Of a DNA stretch of 64,000 bases, positions 1 through 10,599 are shown one piece after another. The number at the start of each line of letters is the position of its first letter. The first letter of the stretch is position 1. A model generated the notes under the pieces. It was not told where the DNA came from. It was given only the letters and a program-made list of their open reading frames with translations, and made no database searches. The translations under genes were made by a program, and so were the position numbers. This stretch comes from Takakia lepidozioides (taxonomy: Eukaryota; Plantae; Bryophyta). Location: NCBI GenBank assembly GCA_030704615.1, contig CM060734.1, forward strand, positions 57,350,001 through 57,414,000, written 5' to 3'.

Positions 1-408
1 GACACTGACTTGGAGTGCCTTGTGCAGGGTTATCTGAGGGCTGTCAACACCCCAGTGATACTGGGCGCTGCAACCCAATGGCCCCAAGCCCAAGCTGTTA
101 CATTCAACTCTTGGTTCCTGACAGGGGCTGTGTTCAACCACTTGGTGTTCAAGTATCAGGTACACTGGTGGCAGCGCTATAACTATGTATTGTCGGCTGC
201 TATTGACACAGGCATTGCTTTTGCTGGGCCCCCAATTTTCCTTACACTACTGTATTTCAACAAAGATGGGGCCCCAAGGTGGTGGGGCAATCCTAAGACG
301 TATCTGGACCATTGTCCACTGTCCTACTGCCCAACTGCCAAAGGGATCAATGTCACGCGTCAATATCCATTCTGCCCTGCGTTTTCAACAACTTTAAGTG
401 CACTGTAG
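1..408 (+). CDS. Oligopeptide transporter (OPT family), C-terminal part; gene begins upstream of the window
   Basis: WWQRYNYVLSAAIDTGIAF...WWGN...DHCPLSYCPTAKGI matches the conserved plant OPT C-terminus (YNYVLSAALDAG...WWG...DHCPLAxCPTAxG). Stop TAG at 406-408. Confidence 0.85.
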   Translation, partial: DTDLECLVQGYLRAVNTPVILGAATQWPQAQAVTFNSWFLTGAVFNHLVFKYQVHWWQRYNYVLSAAIDTGIAFAGPPIFLTLLYFNKDGAPRWWGNPKTYLDHCPLSYCPTAKGINVTRQYPFCPAFSTTLSAL

Positions 409-759
409 AAACTACTGTCTGCAAACACTCAATTGATCAAATGGTGTAACCTTCAGATACTGAGACACTAAGACGGCTTTAGGGGTCCATGAAGAGCCGG
501 AGCCCCTTTAAGCACCTCTCTACATGAGCTATTGACATTTACAAATGATGTGAGACAGGTCCTTTTGTGTAAGATTTTCGCCCTTGTAACAGAACCTTTT
601 TAAGGATTCAATTCAGGGGTTCCCATCGTCACAATCTTTTCTCTAGATTATCTCTCTCTCTCCTCTCAAGCCGCGGACGTCATAAAGCACCATTTCATTT
701 CATTTCATCTATCCTCTCAAGCCATGCCCCAGACAAAGATTAAAACACATGAACCACCA

Positions 760-840
760 TTGGCATGGACTGCGATGATTGCAGGATTAGCTCAGCAGGG
801 GCATGGTGAAGAGGCATTTGATCTGTTCAGGGAAATTGAG
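760..840 (+). pseudogene. Isolated PPR motif fragment
   Basis: AWTAMIAGLAQQGHGEEAFDLFREI is a single P-type PPR half-repeat with no continuation. Confidence 0.6.
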
Positions 841-1099
841 CCTACTTGTCTAACCTATAGTGGATTCAAGTGTAACTTCACCTGTATGAGTGTAGGTGCC
901 CATGCTGTGCAGGATCTGGCTCCAATAGAAACCATCCAGCACTGTTTCACTGAATGCCCCAGAGTGCTCAGGATTTGGTCTCTAATTAGAAGCTGAATCT
1001 ACTCCACAGGGAAGAACCTCCCACCCGCCCGCCCGGCCTTCCCCCCACCCACTGTTGTCGGTCCTCAGGGTGTCGTTGGTCCCTCGTTGTTGGTCTATG

Positions 1100-2050
1100 A
1101 CGTGCCATCGATGTTACAAGAGTACACTGGCTTGCTTGTAGAGCTTGGGCAGAGTTTTGGGTTGATGGTCATTTTTCAATTGACCTGCTGCAAGAAACAA
1201 AAATATCTTTCCAATGAAACCTGCCCAATGTCCATCAGGCCAGGCGCAGAAAGGTGTGTTTTTGTGACATGGCCTCATGGTACCTAGGGGGGGAAGCCTG
1301 AGGAGATGGTTGGGGGGGAAGGGCTGGGTAGCTGGCGGGGATGACCCCAGGTGAGAAGTCTCAATTTTCCTTGACAACATCTCAGCACAATAATTAAACC
1401 CTCAGTGACTTAGAAGAGCTGTTGATTGATGGTTGTGTGAAAGTTTGGATCGTTAACCATTATGAAGCCTGTTGAAGGACTTGGGGTTGGGACCAGTGAG
1501 AGAAACTATTTCCTGACAGCCCACGAGCACCTTGCACAATGAAATAGGCAGCCACAGTGCTTTCTTTGGTCGAGGTGAAGCCGACAATGTTCACACAATA
1601 AGCAAGGGAGAGAAGGGAGAGTATATATGTGCAGACATGAGCTGGCTTGGAGGTACATGTCGATGTGGATGTAGGAGAGCCCATACAGAGAGTCCCAAAA
1701 GGGCCAAAATGGACCTTCAAGCATCCACAACAATCATCTCAGGATGTGAGTAGGAGTCTGTCAGCAGCCATAGACAATGTCAGCATATCATGCACTTCAA
1801 GGAAACGATTCTCTTCACTCTAATAAAACATAAAGCATAATGATCCGATGATGTATAATTGTCCAAGCATCAGTGCCAGTTGAAAGTCTTGTAGCTTGAA
1901 GACATTTGCCTTATGCAGCCCTGTGCTTGTTGAAGGAGAAGAGCTTATGTTTGGATCAAACAAATGGAGAGGTTGCTGGACAGTGATCCAAGTTGGAGCA
2001 TTATGCAACACCACTACTTGAGCATCCAATATTTTCAGTAACAATGGCAA
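1100..2050 (-). mobile_element. Possible highly decayed LINE 3' remnant (zf-RVT-like)
   Basis: Minus-strand pieces across frameshifts (CEHC..., KEST..., CLFHCAR/ARGL) resemble the CxxC...ExxxHxFxxC zinc knuckle downstream of L1 RT. No RT motif is visible. Confidence 0.3.
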
Positions 2051-2904
2051 TGGCCTCGCCCGACCAGCAATTTAACTGGAAAACTGGTAGGACACAAAAC
2101 AAGAGAATGATAACAGTTCGCATTACTTCCTCAGCTATCCACAGTGCACATCAACTGCATCCCTGATCCCACCAACAAGCCCCACACACTTCAAACCATC
2201 AGCTCTGAACTGGAGCATTTTCACTAAGAAAACCAGGTGTGCTTCATTCCTGGCGCAGACATTGAAGGCTCCAGTACCCAAGGCCCCGTGCGTTCATTCC
2301 TACCACCTCTTTTTAGAATCCAAACCCCACATTCACTGGACCTTTCTTAACAACCAACATTTGACGTCACGACGATATAGACCTTTCATTATCCTAGATT
2401 CAGAAGATTACTCAAGTGATCAAAATGCAACAATGCAGTCACATCTAGCCTGCTAGTATTCTAAGATTTTCCAATGGACCAATGCAGCTCTGTCTCACTA
2501 TGAGGGACTGACCCTGTCACATTGGCAAACTACTCTTGCAAATCTAAAGGGAAAGAAAGTTAGAAATGTACAAAAACAGCCTTTTGGGGCTGCAACTTAT
2601 GTTTAGGTTGGCAGCTTCCCCACTTCATAATGATAGGATGCTCCAGCTCAAGACTTGCTTACATGAGCATGAAGGCCTGTATACATGCACACAATGCCGG
2701 CACCGGTGGCACATGCTACAAGCTTGAAGGCCAGTACTTTGATTTCGTGTGCCGGACTACCTTCTGTGGCCCTTCAAGATGGTCATGGTGATGGTCATTG
2801 GGGATCCAGTGAGGTGCAATGGAAATGATGATACTTGGAAAATTGATATCAGATACTGACAAGACAGGATGACACAACTTTCTTGCCTCCGGATGTGGGA
2901 AAAC

Positions 2905-4233
2905 TTAAGGGGTAACACTGTAGGACATTGACCAGATCCTCCACAACTCCATAGTCCGGCCCTGCAGAACAAGAGAGATGGAAGCATCCCCGTAGGAACC
3001 CAGGGCTTCAAGCAGCTTGATGAATTGGTCACCACCATCCTCTGGTGTCCGACAGGCAAGACTGGACAGCGTGTAGGGAATCATAAAATCGGGAACGTCG
3101 ACCCGCAATGTAATGAGGCGCTTACTTAGAAGGGCTCCCCCAGTATCAAGCAATAAGCTTGTCCGAGCTCGCTTTAGTGTGACTGTCTCCCGTTTCTCTA
3201 GCAAGCTTTCTAGGGACCCAAATTGCTGAATGAGCTTAATGGCAGTTTTTTCACCAATCCCTAAAACCCCTGGGACGCTATCGGCAGTGTCACCTACAAG
3301 GGCCAAGACATCCACAAACTGTGATGGTTGGAGATTGCCAAACCTCTCACCGAATTCTTCCACGCCAAATGACACTATCTCAGAACCACGAGGAGCCAAT
3401 CTAAGAAGCCGCAGAGGCGGAGACAATATCTGGAAGAAATCTTTGTCAGGCGATGCTATGCGGACCTTCATGCCGGCAGCCGTGGCTTTCAGTGCTATGG
3501 TTGCAATAACGTCGTCAGCTTCCACACCTGGAACTTCAATGACAGTGATGCCCATTGCACGCAGCAAGGGTCTCAAACGTTCGTGTGCTTGAACCACCGT
3601 CTCTGGAGTGAGAGGTCGACCACTCTTGTAACCCTCGTACAGGGTATGCCTAAACGTTAGTCCCTTATAATCACTATTGTAACCGTCGTACAGGGTATGC
3701 CTAAACGTTAGTCCATAATCAAAGACAGCTGCGAGGTGAGTAGGCTTCACTTTCAACAAACTCAGTATCGTCAAAAGAGAAGTGAAAACAGTGCGAACGC
3801 ATTCTTCTTCAGAACCCATGTCCTTGACCCCACTGTATCCCGCCTTGGCCAGAAGCTTGTAGTAGGCACGGTACAGAATCGTAAACCCATCCAAGAGCAG
3901 GAGGCACTCCTGCTCACCAGCTCTATCCCGTACGAGCACATCAATGCTGCGCCCGGTCCCTTTGGCCTCGTTATTCGCCAACATATGAGCTGCACATGCC
4001 GCCTGCGGAGCACGAGACAGGAGAGAAAGACAGCTTGCAGTTCGAGGGGCATGACCCACGTAGAGAGGGTGGGTTGAAAAGAGAGAACAGGGACATGCCG
4101 CATGCAGACTGGGACGCAGCTTCACAAGGCTAGGTACCACCACCACAGCCGAAGTGTTCAGAAACAAACGTGCGATCACGGGCACGGTATTGATGCACGC
4201 CCAACGCAGGGCTGTTCCCCTCCAACTCTCCAT
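2905..4233 (-). CDS. OEX1: Organellar 5'-3' exonuclease/flap endonuclease (PolA N-terminal-like, OEX1-like), intronless copy 1
   Basis: LLLDGFTILYRAYYKLLAK, AAVFD, FRHTLYxGYKSGR, IEVPGVEADDVIAT, SPDKDFFQILSP, LVGDTADSVPGVLGIG. The acidic active-site motifs and the H3TH motif are intact. N-terminal extension looks like a transit peptide. First ATG at 4233. Confidence 0.85.
   Translation of the reverse strand: MESWRGTALRWACINTVPVIARLFLNTSAVVVVPSLVKLRPSLHAACPCSLFSTHPLYVGHAPRTASCLSLLSRAPQAACAAHMLANNEAKGTGRSIDVLVRDRAGEQECLLLLDGFTILYRAYYKLLAKAGYSGVKDMGSEEECVRTVFTSLLTILSLLKVKPTHLAAVFDYGLTFRHTLYDGYNSDYKGLTFRHTLYEGYKSGRPLTPETVVQAHERLRPLLRAMGITVIEVPGVEADDVIATIALKATAAGMKVRIASPDKDFFQILSPPLRLLRLAPRGSEIVSFGVEEFGERFGNLQPSQFVDVLALVGDTADSVPGVLGIGEKTAIKLIQQFGSLESLLEKRETVTLKRARTSLLLDTGGALLSKRLITLRVDVPDFMIPYTLSSLACRTPEDGGDQFIKLLEALGSYGDASISLVLQGRTMELWRIWSMSYSVTP
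3621..3720. repeat. In-frame internal tandem duplication (51-nt unit, net +48 nt) in exonuclease copy 1
   Basis: cactcttgtaaccctcgtacagggtatgcctaaacgttagtcc is repeated at 3621 and 3672, giving GLTFRHTLYDGY...GLTFRHTLYEGY. Absent from copy 2. Confidence 0.95.
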
Positions 4234-4968
4234 TGTCACTGATCATCAGCTGTCCCAAAGGGATAAAGAGGAAAGGAGACGGGACGTAAGGTGTCGTTGC
4301 TTACCTGGAAAATTGGAGAGGCAAGATAGCACATCAATGCCCGCACTTTCCCCCTTCAACCAACGTGCTCCTGCCCCACACAATCTCTACTCATGCTAGC
4401 TTCCTACTCATCTCTCCACTGATGATGTAGGCCAGGACGGCCATTTACAACATGGCCAGCCCTTTTCATCTCGGCACCGTGACGGCTATTAGACATCAAC
4501 CCCGAGATTTCTGATTTAGACTCTATGACAAGATTCTCGTGAAGTTTAGGGAGTGTAATATCCATTTGGGAGCCACACGCTCTCATACTTGAGCGTGCAA
4601 TCTGCAAGCTGGGGCTTACTTTCAGGAAGTTCACAGCTTGCCAGCCCGATACCAGTATTTTCGCCTCAGATTCGATGCTGTCTTGACAACACTCGCTGCT
4701 GCACCCTGACTTGCAATCGCAGCAGGCAAGATCCACTTTTGCAGAAACGAATTCGTCTTCTGCAGACCGACCCTACTAGAACTCCACAGGAGACGACCCT
4801 TTGAGCCCAGAATTTGGGGATCACCCTTTCAGCTTCTTTCGATGTAAACTTCAACCCTGTGACTCAGGATTGTAACTGTTAGGTGTTCCCTGAGTTCATT
4901 TGTGCTCTTTGATTATGAGGCTTGAATTGGGATCTCGGGCAAATCATACAAAGTGTACCTATTAGTGA

Positions 4969-7900
4969 GCCGCTTCCCCGCTACGCACCAAGTGCACGCC
5001 AGACCCCCTGCCACCACCCCCGTCGCCATTCTTATACCCTCGACAATTTCCTCTCTCTCTCTCTCTTCCCTGCTCTTCTTCTCCGCGCCCAGGGAGTGGG
5101 TTGCGCACAAGAGCTACTTGACTTGCTTGCTTACTTACTCCGACGTGACGCTGCGCTCGACAACGCAATTCCTGCACGTGAACAACGGGGCTTTTTGATT
5201 CTGACGAGCCTGGACACGAGAAGTACGATGAGCGGCGTCGCCGCCAGACCTCGGCAAGGCCTGCAGCGCCGCCAACTTAGTGGAGGTGTTGGCAGTAGGG
5301 ACAGCGCTAAGCAAGTGAGCGCTTTGCACCAGTGGGCCCCACGCTGGTCAGGCTGCCTCGATCAGCTCGTCCCCGGCTCGTTCAGCCCCGACGCCGTACA
5401 GGCAGCCAACTCCAGCCGAGCTCACCACAACCCCTTTACTGCCTACTCCACCATCTCCGGCAGTTCGCTCCCCAGAGCAACGAGAGGTGCTGAACACAGC
5501 CGCAATTGCTCTTACTGGAAGACTTGCTCTTCTTGGAAGACCCCAACGCCAACGTACCCCTACCCCTAGCTCACATGTTCCTGATGCGCACCAGAGTCCA
5601 AGCTCCAGACACCAAGTTCAAGAAGAGCCGTCATCTTCACAACGGTCTTCTTCACCGCTGATTCCAGGTTTTTCCATTGGCGCCCCACTGACCGAAGAAC
5701 TCCCACAGTGTCTGTTGAGCCCTCCCCGGCTGCGCCTCTCAGGTAGGGTTCGAGGTCCCACGCCAGTCACTTCTCCTCCTGGTTCTCCATCTCATTCTCG
5801 GCAGCGGCTTCAAGGCAGCCCAACTCCTCTTGGTCATGAGCCTCTCCACATGCCTTCTTCTCCAGTTGTGCAGCCTGCATTGCCGACCCCATCACTCTTA
5901 TCCCAACAGCAGGCGCCTCTCCCATCAGACCGTACCCCATGCCCAGTTTGCGGTCATCTTTTTGCGCACATCAGAGGGCTTGCGCGACACCAGCGCACGT
6001 GTGCGGCTCTTCATCAGTCCCACACAAATGATACTTCTCAATTTCAGCCCAGTGTCTTGCACGCGCCACCTCCCGCCTCTGTTTGGCATTGGCTTTCAGC
6101 GCTAGATGTTCTGGGCGCATTTCAACTAGGACTGCCAAGGCCTCGTCTTTATACAAGAATTCCGGTGGCACTACGTCATGAGGTCCAACTGGCACTCCGT
6201 CTACCCTTAGACAGGCTGGCTCGTGATCCTGATGATATACCAGCATGGTATCTTTTCTTGTTATTTCCTCAGTAGTATTTGGTTTTGTCCCTTCGTGGCG
6301 GTCAGTCAAGGCACAGACAGACGCGCACCCGTCTTCGCCGTTTTTTATCTGGAGATTGGGAGAGTCTGCAAGATGAGCATCAATTATGGGCACTAGCCCT
6401 TGCGGTACGCGCCCCTCCCGCTTCCTCCACGCAGCCACCCTCATCGGCCCACAGGCAACTTCGTCATAGTCTCATGTTAGGCCGCGTTGGTGAGTACTCA
6501 TGTGCGGCCAAGGCTTTAGCACCTTCCTCACCAGCGCCTCCATCACCGGATACTGTCACTGCCCTCGAAGCCCTTCACCCATCAGCTCAAGATATTTTGC
6601 CGCTTTTTGTTGAGGACTTCGAGCCAGACCAGGATCTCAAGCTAGATCGGGAGGTCTTCACTTAGGCCTTCACGCGCAGTCCCCATCTTACAGCAGCAGG
6701 TCCTTCTGGTCTCCTATATGAGCACTTACGCGACTGTTTCTCTCCACAGGACTCTGCTAGTGGCTTCTCTCAGCTATTTCAGATTTGCTCTTTTATTGCT
6801 GCTGGCCGTATCCCTGCCCCAGTGGCCCGTCTCCTTGGGGCCTCCAAATTGTTGGCTATGAGCAAACCCTTAGGTACTGGCATCCGCCCTATCGCAGTTG
6901 GAAAGGTTCTTTACCACCTTGTCAGCCGTTCACTTTGTCTTCAGTTTCAAGATGCTTTCTCCGGACACCTCTTTCCGCACCAGTTCGGGGTCGCCACTCC
7001 AGGCGGTTGCGAGGCGGTGGTTCAAGGGATTCGTGCAGCTCTTGATCTTTATCCGGATTGGGTGGTTCTCCAAGTCGACATCACCAACGCTTTCAACACT
7101 GTGTCACGAGCGGCTATCTTTCAGGAGCTCCGTTCAGCCGAAGGGAGTTTTCCACCAGCTTCCGTTTGTTCGATTATTCTATGCATCCACCACTCCCCTA
7201 TACTACAGTCATCATTCTCGCCTAGGTGAGTGCTCCATCATTCAGTCCGAGGTTGGGACCCGCCAAGGCGACCTTTTAGGAAGACCTTTGTTTGTCATGG
7301 CTCATGTCCGCGCCCTCACGGCTTCTGCACAAGTTCACTCATCTTGTTTTTTTCCGTCGGTAATAGACGACACGCACATTGTAGGCCCTGCCTCACAGGT
7401 ACTTTCAGCTTACTATCATTTTATCACCCAACTCTCTGCCGTGGGCTTTTCAGTGCAACCTCACAAATGTGCGGTGTGGTCGGCTCGGAGATGTATAGGT
7501 AGCACATGGAATCTTGACCAAATGTTTCCTTCAGCATCCCTCATATCTCTTACGCACTGTTCCACCCAGCCCAGATTTCCTACACCTCTTATCTGGGTTT
7601 GATACTACCATGATGACTATCTTCGGGAGATTGTTAGGACCAGGAGCTCTGGAGGGTGCTCAGGGACTTTTGCCACGACAACAAGCCACCTTGCCCGTCT
7701 CTTCCGGTGGTGTGGGTCTTTTGTCCACTGTCACTACCGCCCCGTCAGCTTTCCTTGGCAGTTGGGCATTGGTGGCGCCAGCCCTCGCTTCATGATTTCT
7801 CTGTGACCATCGTCCCATCCTTATGGACGCCGTTGCAGATGTCGACAGTGGCATTTTACCCTTCCAGCAGCATCTCCGCTCTGCACGAGATCTTCTTCCG

Positions 7901-9063
7901 GCACCGGCGCGAACATGTCTACCACCATTTGAGCAGTTGGTTGCTCAAGGCCTCAACCATCTTTAGGAGTCCATTTCCGAGCGCGTGCACCGTCATTCCT
8001 TTTCCGGCATGCTCTCAAGTGCTGCTTCTGAGTTGCATCGAGCCCGACTTCTATCATGCGCAGGACCCGGAGCAGGAGCATGGTTGACAACACGACCCAC
8101 TATCGCACATTTTCGCCTCTCATCCCCTATTTTCACTACTGCGCTCCGCCTTCGACTCGGTTTGCCTCATCCTTCGGCATTGGGCCTTCAGTGCTACATC
8201 TGTCTTCAGCCCATCGATGACCATGTCATCCATCTCTTCCGTTGTCCATGTGGTGGTGAGCGCATTGCGTCTCATGATATGGTTCGCGATGCGGTGGCAT
8301 CTATTGCTCGGGAGGCAGGGTATCATGTACTGCGTGAGCAACCACATCTACGACCCACGCTCACGTCCCACTCTACACGCCGCCGTGTAGACATCGTCCT
8401 ATCTAGATATGGTTTGTGTACCTTAGCAGATGTCGTTCTCGCCGACCCCACTCAAGCCGATCTGCTATCTCGCGCAGCTATCACACAAGGCACGACAGCC
8501 ACTGTAGCAGCCCAGGCCAAGGAGCGCGACTACAGCGATCGTCACCCCACCGACACATTTCTTCTACTGGCGGTCGAAATATTTGGCTCATTGCACCGGC
8601 ACTTCGACGATTTCCTGCGGACATGTGCACATCATGCAACCAAGAGCATGTCCACTGGCATCCCACATGCCTCCGTCCTTGTCGCCTACTATCGACAACA
8701 TGTTTCAGTTGCTTTGCAAAGAGCACAAGCCATCTCTATTTTGCATCGGGCTGATGTGGCTAGCTCCGCGTCATCTCGTCTTCCGCCTCTGCTTGACACT
8801 TTGTCTATCTCCTTGCCTGAGCTCCTCCAGGCTGTTGGCTGGGAGGGTCGCTCTGCTTGAGTAGTTTACTATAGCTTCTGTTTTCGTCGCTGGTTGAGTA
8901 GTTTACTATAACTTTCGTTTTTTTGTCTAGCTGAGTAGCTTACTATAGCTTTTTGTTTTCTTCTCTTGTTTCTTGTTCCTCCCCCCCCTTTTTGGAAACT
9001 TCACATCATATGCACGTTCACCCGTTGTACATGTTGTAAATAAAGTCTTACAGGGTTTCATCA
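4969..9063 (+). mobile_element. CRE-clade-like non-LTR retrotransposon (zinc finger + RT + restriction-like endonuclease), ORF disrupted
   Basis: Zinc finger CPVCGHLFAHIRGLARHQRTC. RT motifs IRPIAVG, QFGVATPGGCEAVV, VDITNAFNTVSR, GTRQGDLLG, VIDDTHIVG. CxxC-H-C knuckle plus HDMVRD...RRVDIV...LADV...KERDY...LAVEIFG (RLE). TSD TATTAGTGA at 4960-4968 and 9064-9072. AATAAA near 9039 and a short (TCA)n end. Confidence 0.9.
8857..8965 (+). repeat. Three 37-nt-period repeats in the retrotransposon 3' UTR
   Basis: (T/C)TGAGTAG(T/C)TTACTATA starts at 8857, 8894 and 8931, each followed by a T-rich stretch. Confidence 0.85.
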
Positions 9064-9173
9064 TATTAGTGACTGTGGTGTTCAATTCTTTTCCTCCAAA
9101 GAGGGACAAGTTACACCTTTCCATCCCCTGTTTGAAGCCCCACATACTCTCATTAATTTACGTATTGAGCATT

Positions 9174-9226
9174 TCACCAGTAATCCCTACAAGAACAGAC
9201 CCCTTCTTGGAAGAGGTGAAAGAGGT
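9174..9226 (-). pseudogene. Orphan DYW-domain C-terminus, part of the left inverted arm
   Basis: Minus strand reads LFHLFQEGVCSCRDYW* and is the reverse complement of 14311-14363. Confidence 0.9.
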
Positions 9227-9364
9227 ACATGCATTGCGCTTATCTTTAGGACAACTTCAAATGGTTTCCCAAAAACAGGCTGGCATGCTCCATCCGTCAT
9301 CTGTTGTGCCCTTTGGTAACAAGAAAGAAAGATTTTTATGGAAACTGTAAAGCCGGCAAACGAA

Positions 9365-9755
9365 TTGTTGTTAACAGTAGGAAGAGAGTTGTAGGGCGGC
9401 AACTCGTAGCCCACAACTATGCGGCGACTGTCAAGGCCTCCACAAAATGGCACGTCATGAATGAACATACAAGTGGACCACAATAGACCATGGTGTACAT
9501 TAGTGAACCACAATAGATCACTTAAGACCAACAGACCATGACATTACAAAGTAGAGCAGATCAGACTTGTGTCATGTAGACCACAATTAGAGTTCATCTT
9601 GGAAATTGTAGACCATGATTAGATCATTATACAGTGCACCATATTCTTATGCTCTTGACATATCTTATGTCAACTGCAGTGCCTTCCCAATTAGTCAAAC
9701 TTTTTATGGAAGATTGGAATAAAAAATGAATAGTTGTTAAAGATAGGAAGAGGTT
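9365..9755. repeat. Dispersed repeat with GACCACAA sub-repeats; related copy at 26715-27258
   Basis: Shares gtcaaggcctccacaaaatggcac, gaccacaatagaccatggtgtacattagtg and gtcatgtagaccacaattagagttca with the 26.7-27.3 kb region. Confidence 0.85.
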
Positions 9756-10599
9756 GCTTTCCGCTCAGTGCAAAAGAGATTGCAGCGTGCACCGCTGCTC
9801 TTCTTCAGGGGGAGGCCCTCCTGAAAGAGTCTTCTTTTTCTTGCGGTGAACGAGCTTTAGGCATCACATCATGCAGCAGATTAAAGGGCGAGGCTGTGGA
9901 GCTGAAATGGATATTCAGATTGGCAGTCCAGGGCCCAGGACTGTCGGAAGTGATGACGATGACCCCTCCCCAGCCTCCAGACAAATCGAAGAAAGGTGTA
10001 AACATGCACCCCCTTTGCGTAGTTTTTGGATTTACGAACCGTGTGTGGGATCAAGTTCCATATTGCAGTCGGCCCATCACAGCAGAAAATACGCCCATTT
10101 GATGAAACTCCTGTGCAGCAGGGAAGGGACACCCATTTGGGTCGAAGAAGTTCTCTTTATTGTGCCCTGTCTCCATCAGGTCCTTCAGTCCTGAAATACC
10201 TGAAACTTCTGGTAAATTTATCTTCTTCCATTCATTGCATGAGAGAGAGAGAGGTGAACTTATTTGCATTGCTTGCTTATAGCCTTAGGCCCTCAGCGAG
10301 GTACCCTGTCTAGACAAAATATGCACAAGTTTTTCTCTCAGGGTGAGAATTATGACAGGGCCTGCGCACAGCTCACTGAAATTGCATTGCCGGTGCCTAT
10401 AATTCGGAAACATTTCTAGCTCACTACTTGATGGAGAGGATACATACCAAACATACATCAACGTATGTATCTGTGATGCCATAGGCCTCTCGGGATCAAC
10501 CCTTCCTGAGGCAATTGTTGGGTTTCTATCCACCAGCTTGAAAAACTCTGCCCGAGAATGCTTGGGCACAGCTATTTTTCACGGTCATTGGGAATTCAG

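Larger units (their letters stand above)
1681..4968. repeat. Left arm of a large inverted duplication; it continues at 9064-9226 beyond the retrotransposon
   Basis: Reverse complement of ~14460-17490. For example, 4904-4956 matches rc 14466-14520, and 1681-1787 matches rc 17386-17490. Includes the exonuclease ORF. Confidence 0.95.

Noticed and set aside
2905-4233. Intronless exonuclease as bacterial polA contamination or recent HGT
   Set aside because: It has plant OEX1-specific segments (YRAYYKLLAK, APRGSEIVSFG, PEDGG), an N-terminal extension, and plant flanking DNA.
4404-4900. Short ORFs conserved in both inverted arms
   Set aside because: Conservation is explained by the duplication; frameshifts differ between arms and no motif is recognisable.
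4969-5230. Self-cleaving (HDV-like) ribozyme in the retrotransposon 5' UTR
   Set aside because: I could not identify the nested double-pseudoknot pairings by eye; a covariance-model search would be needed.
9470-9630. GACCACAA repeats as a CRISPR-like array
   Set aside because: Repeats are short, degenerate and irregularly spaced; the 'spacers' recur at 26.7-27.3 kb; eukaryotic context with no cas genes.
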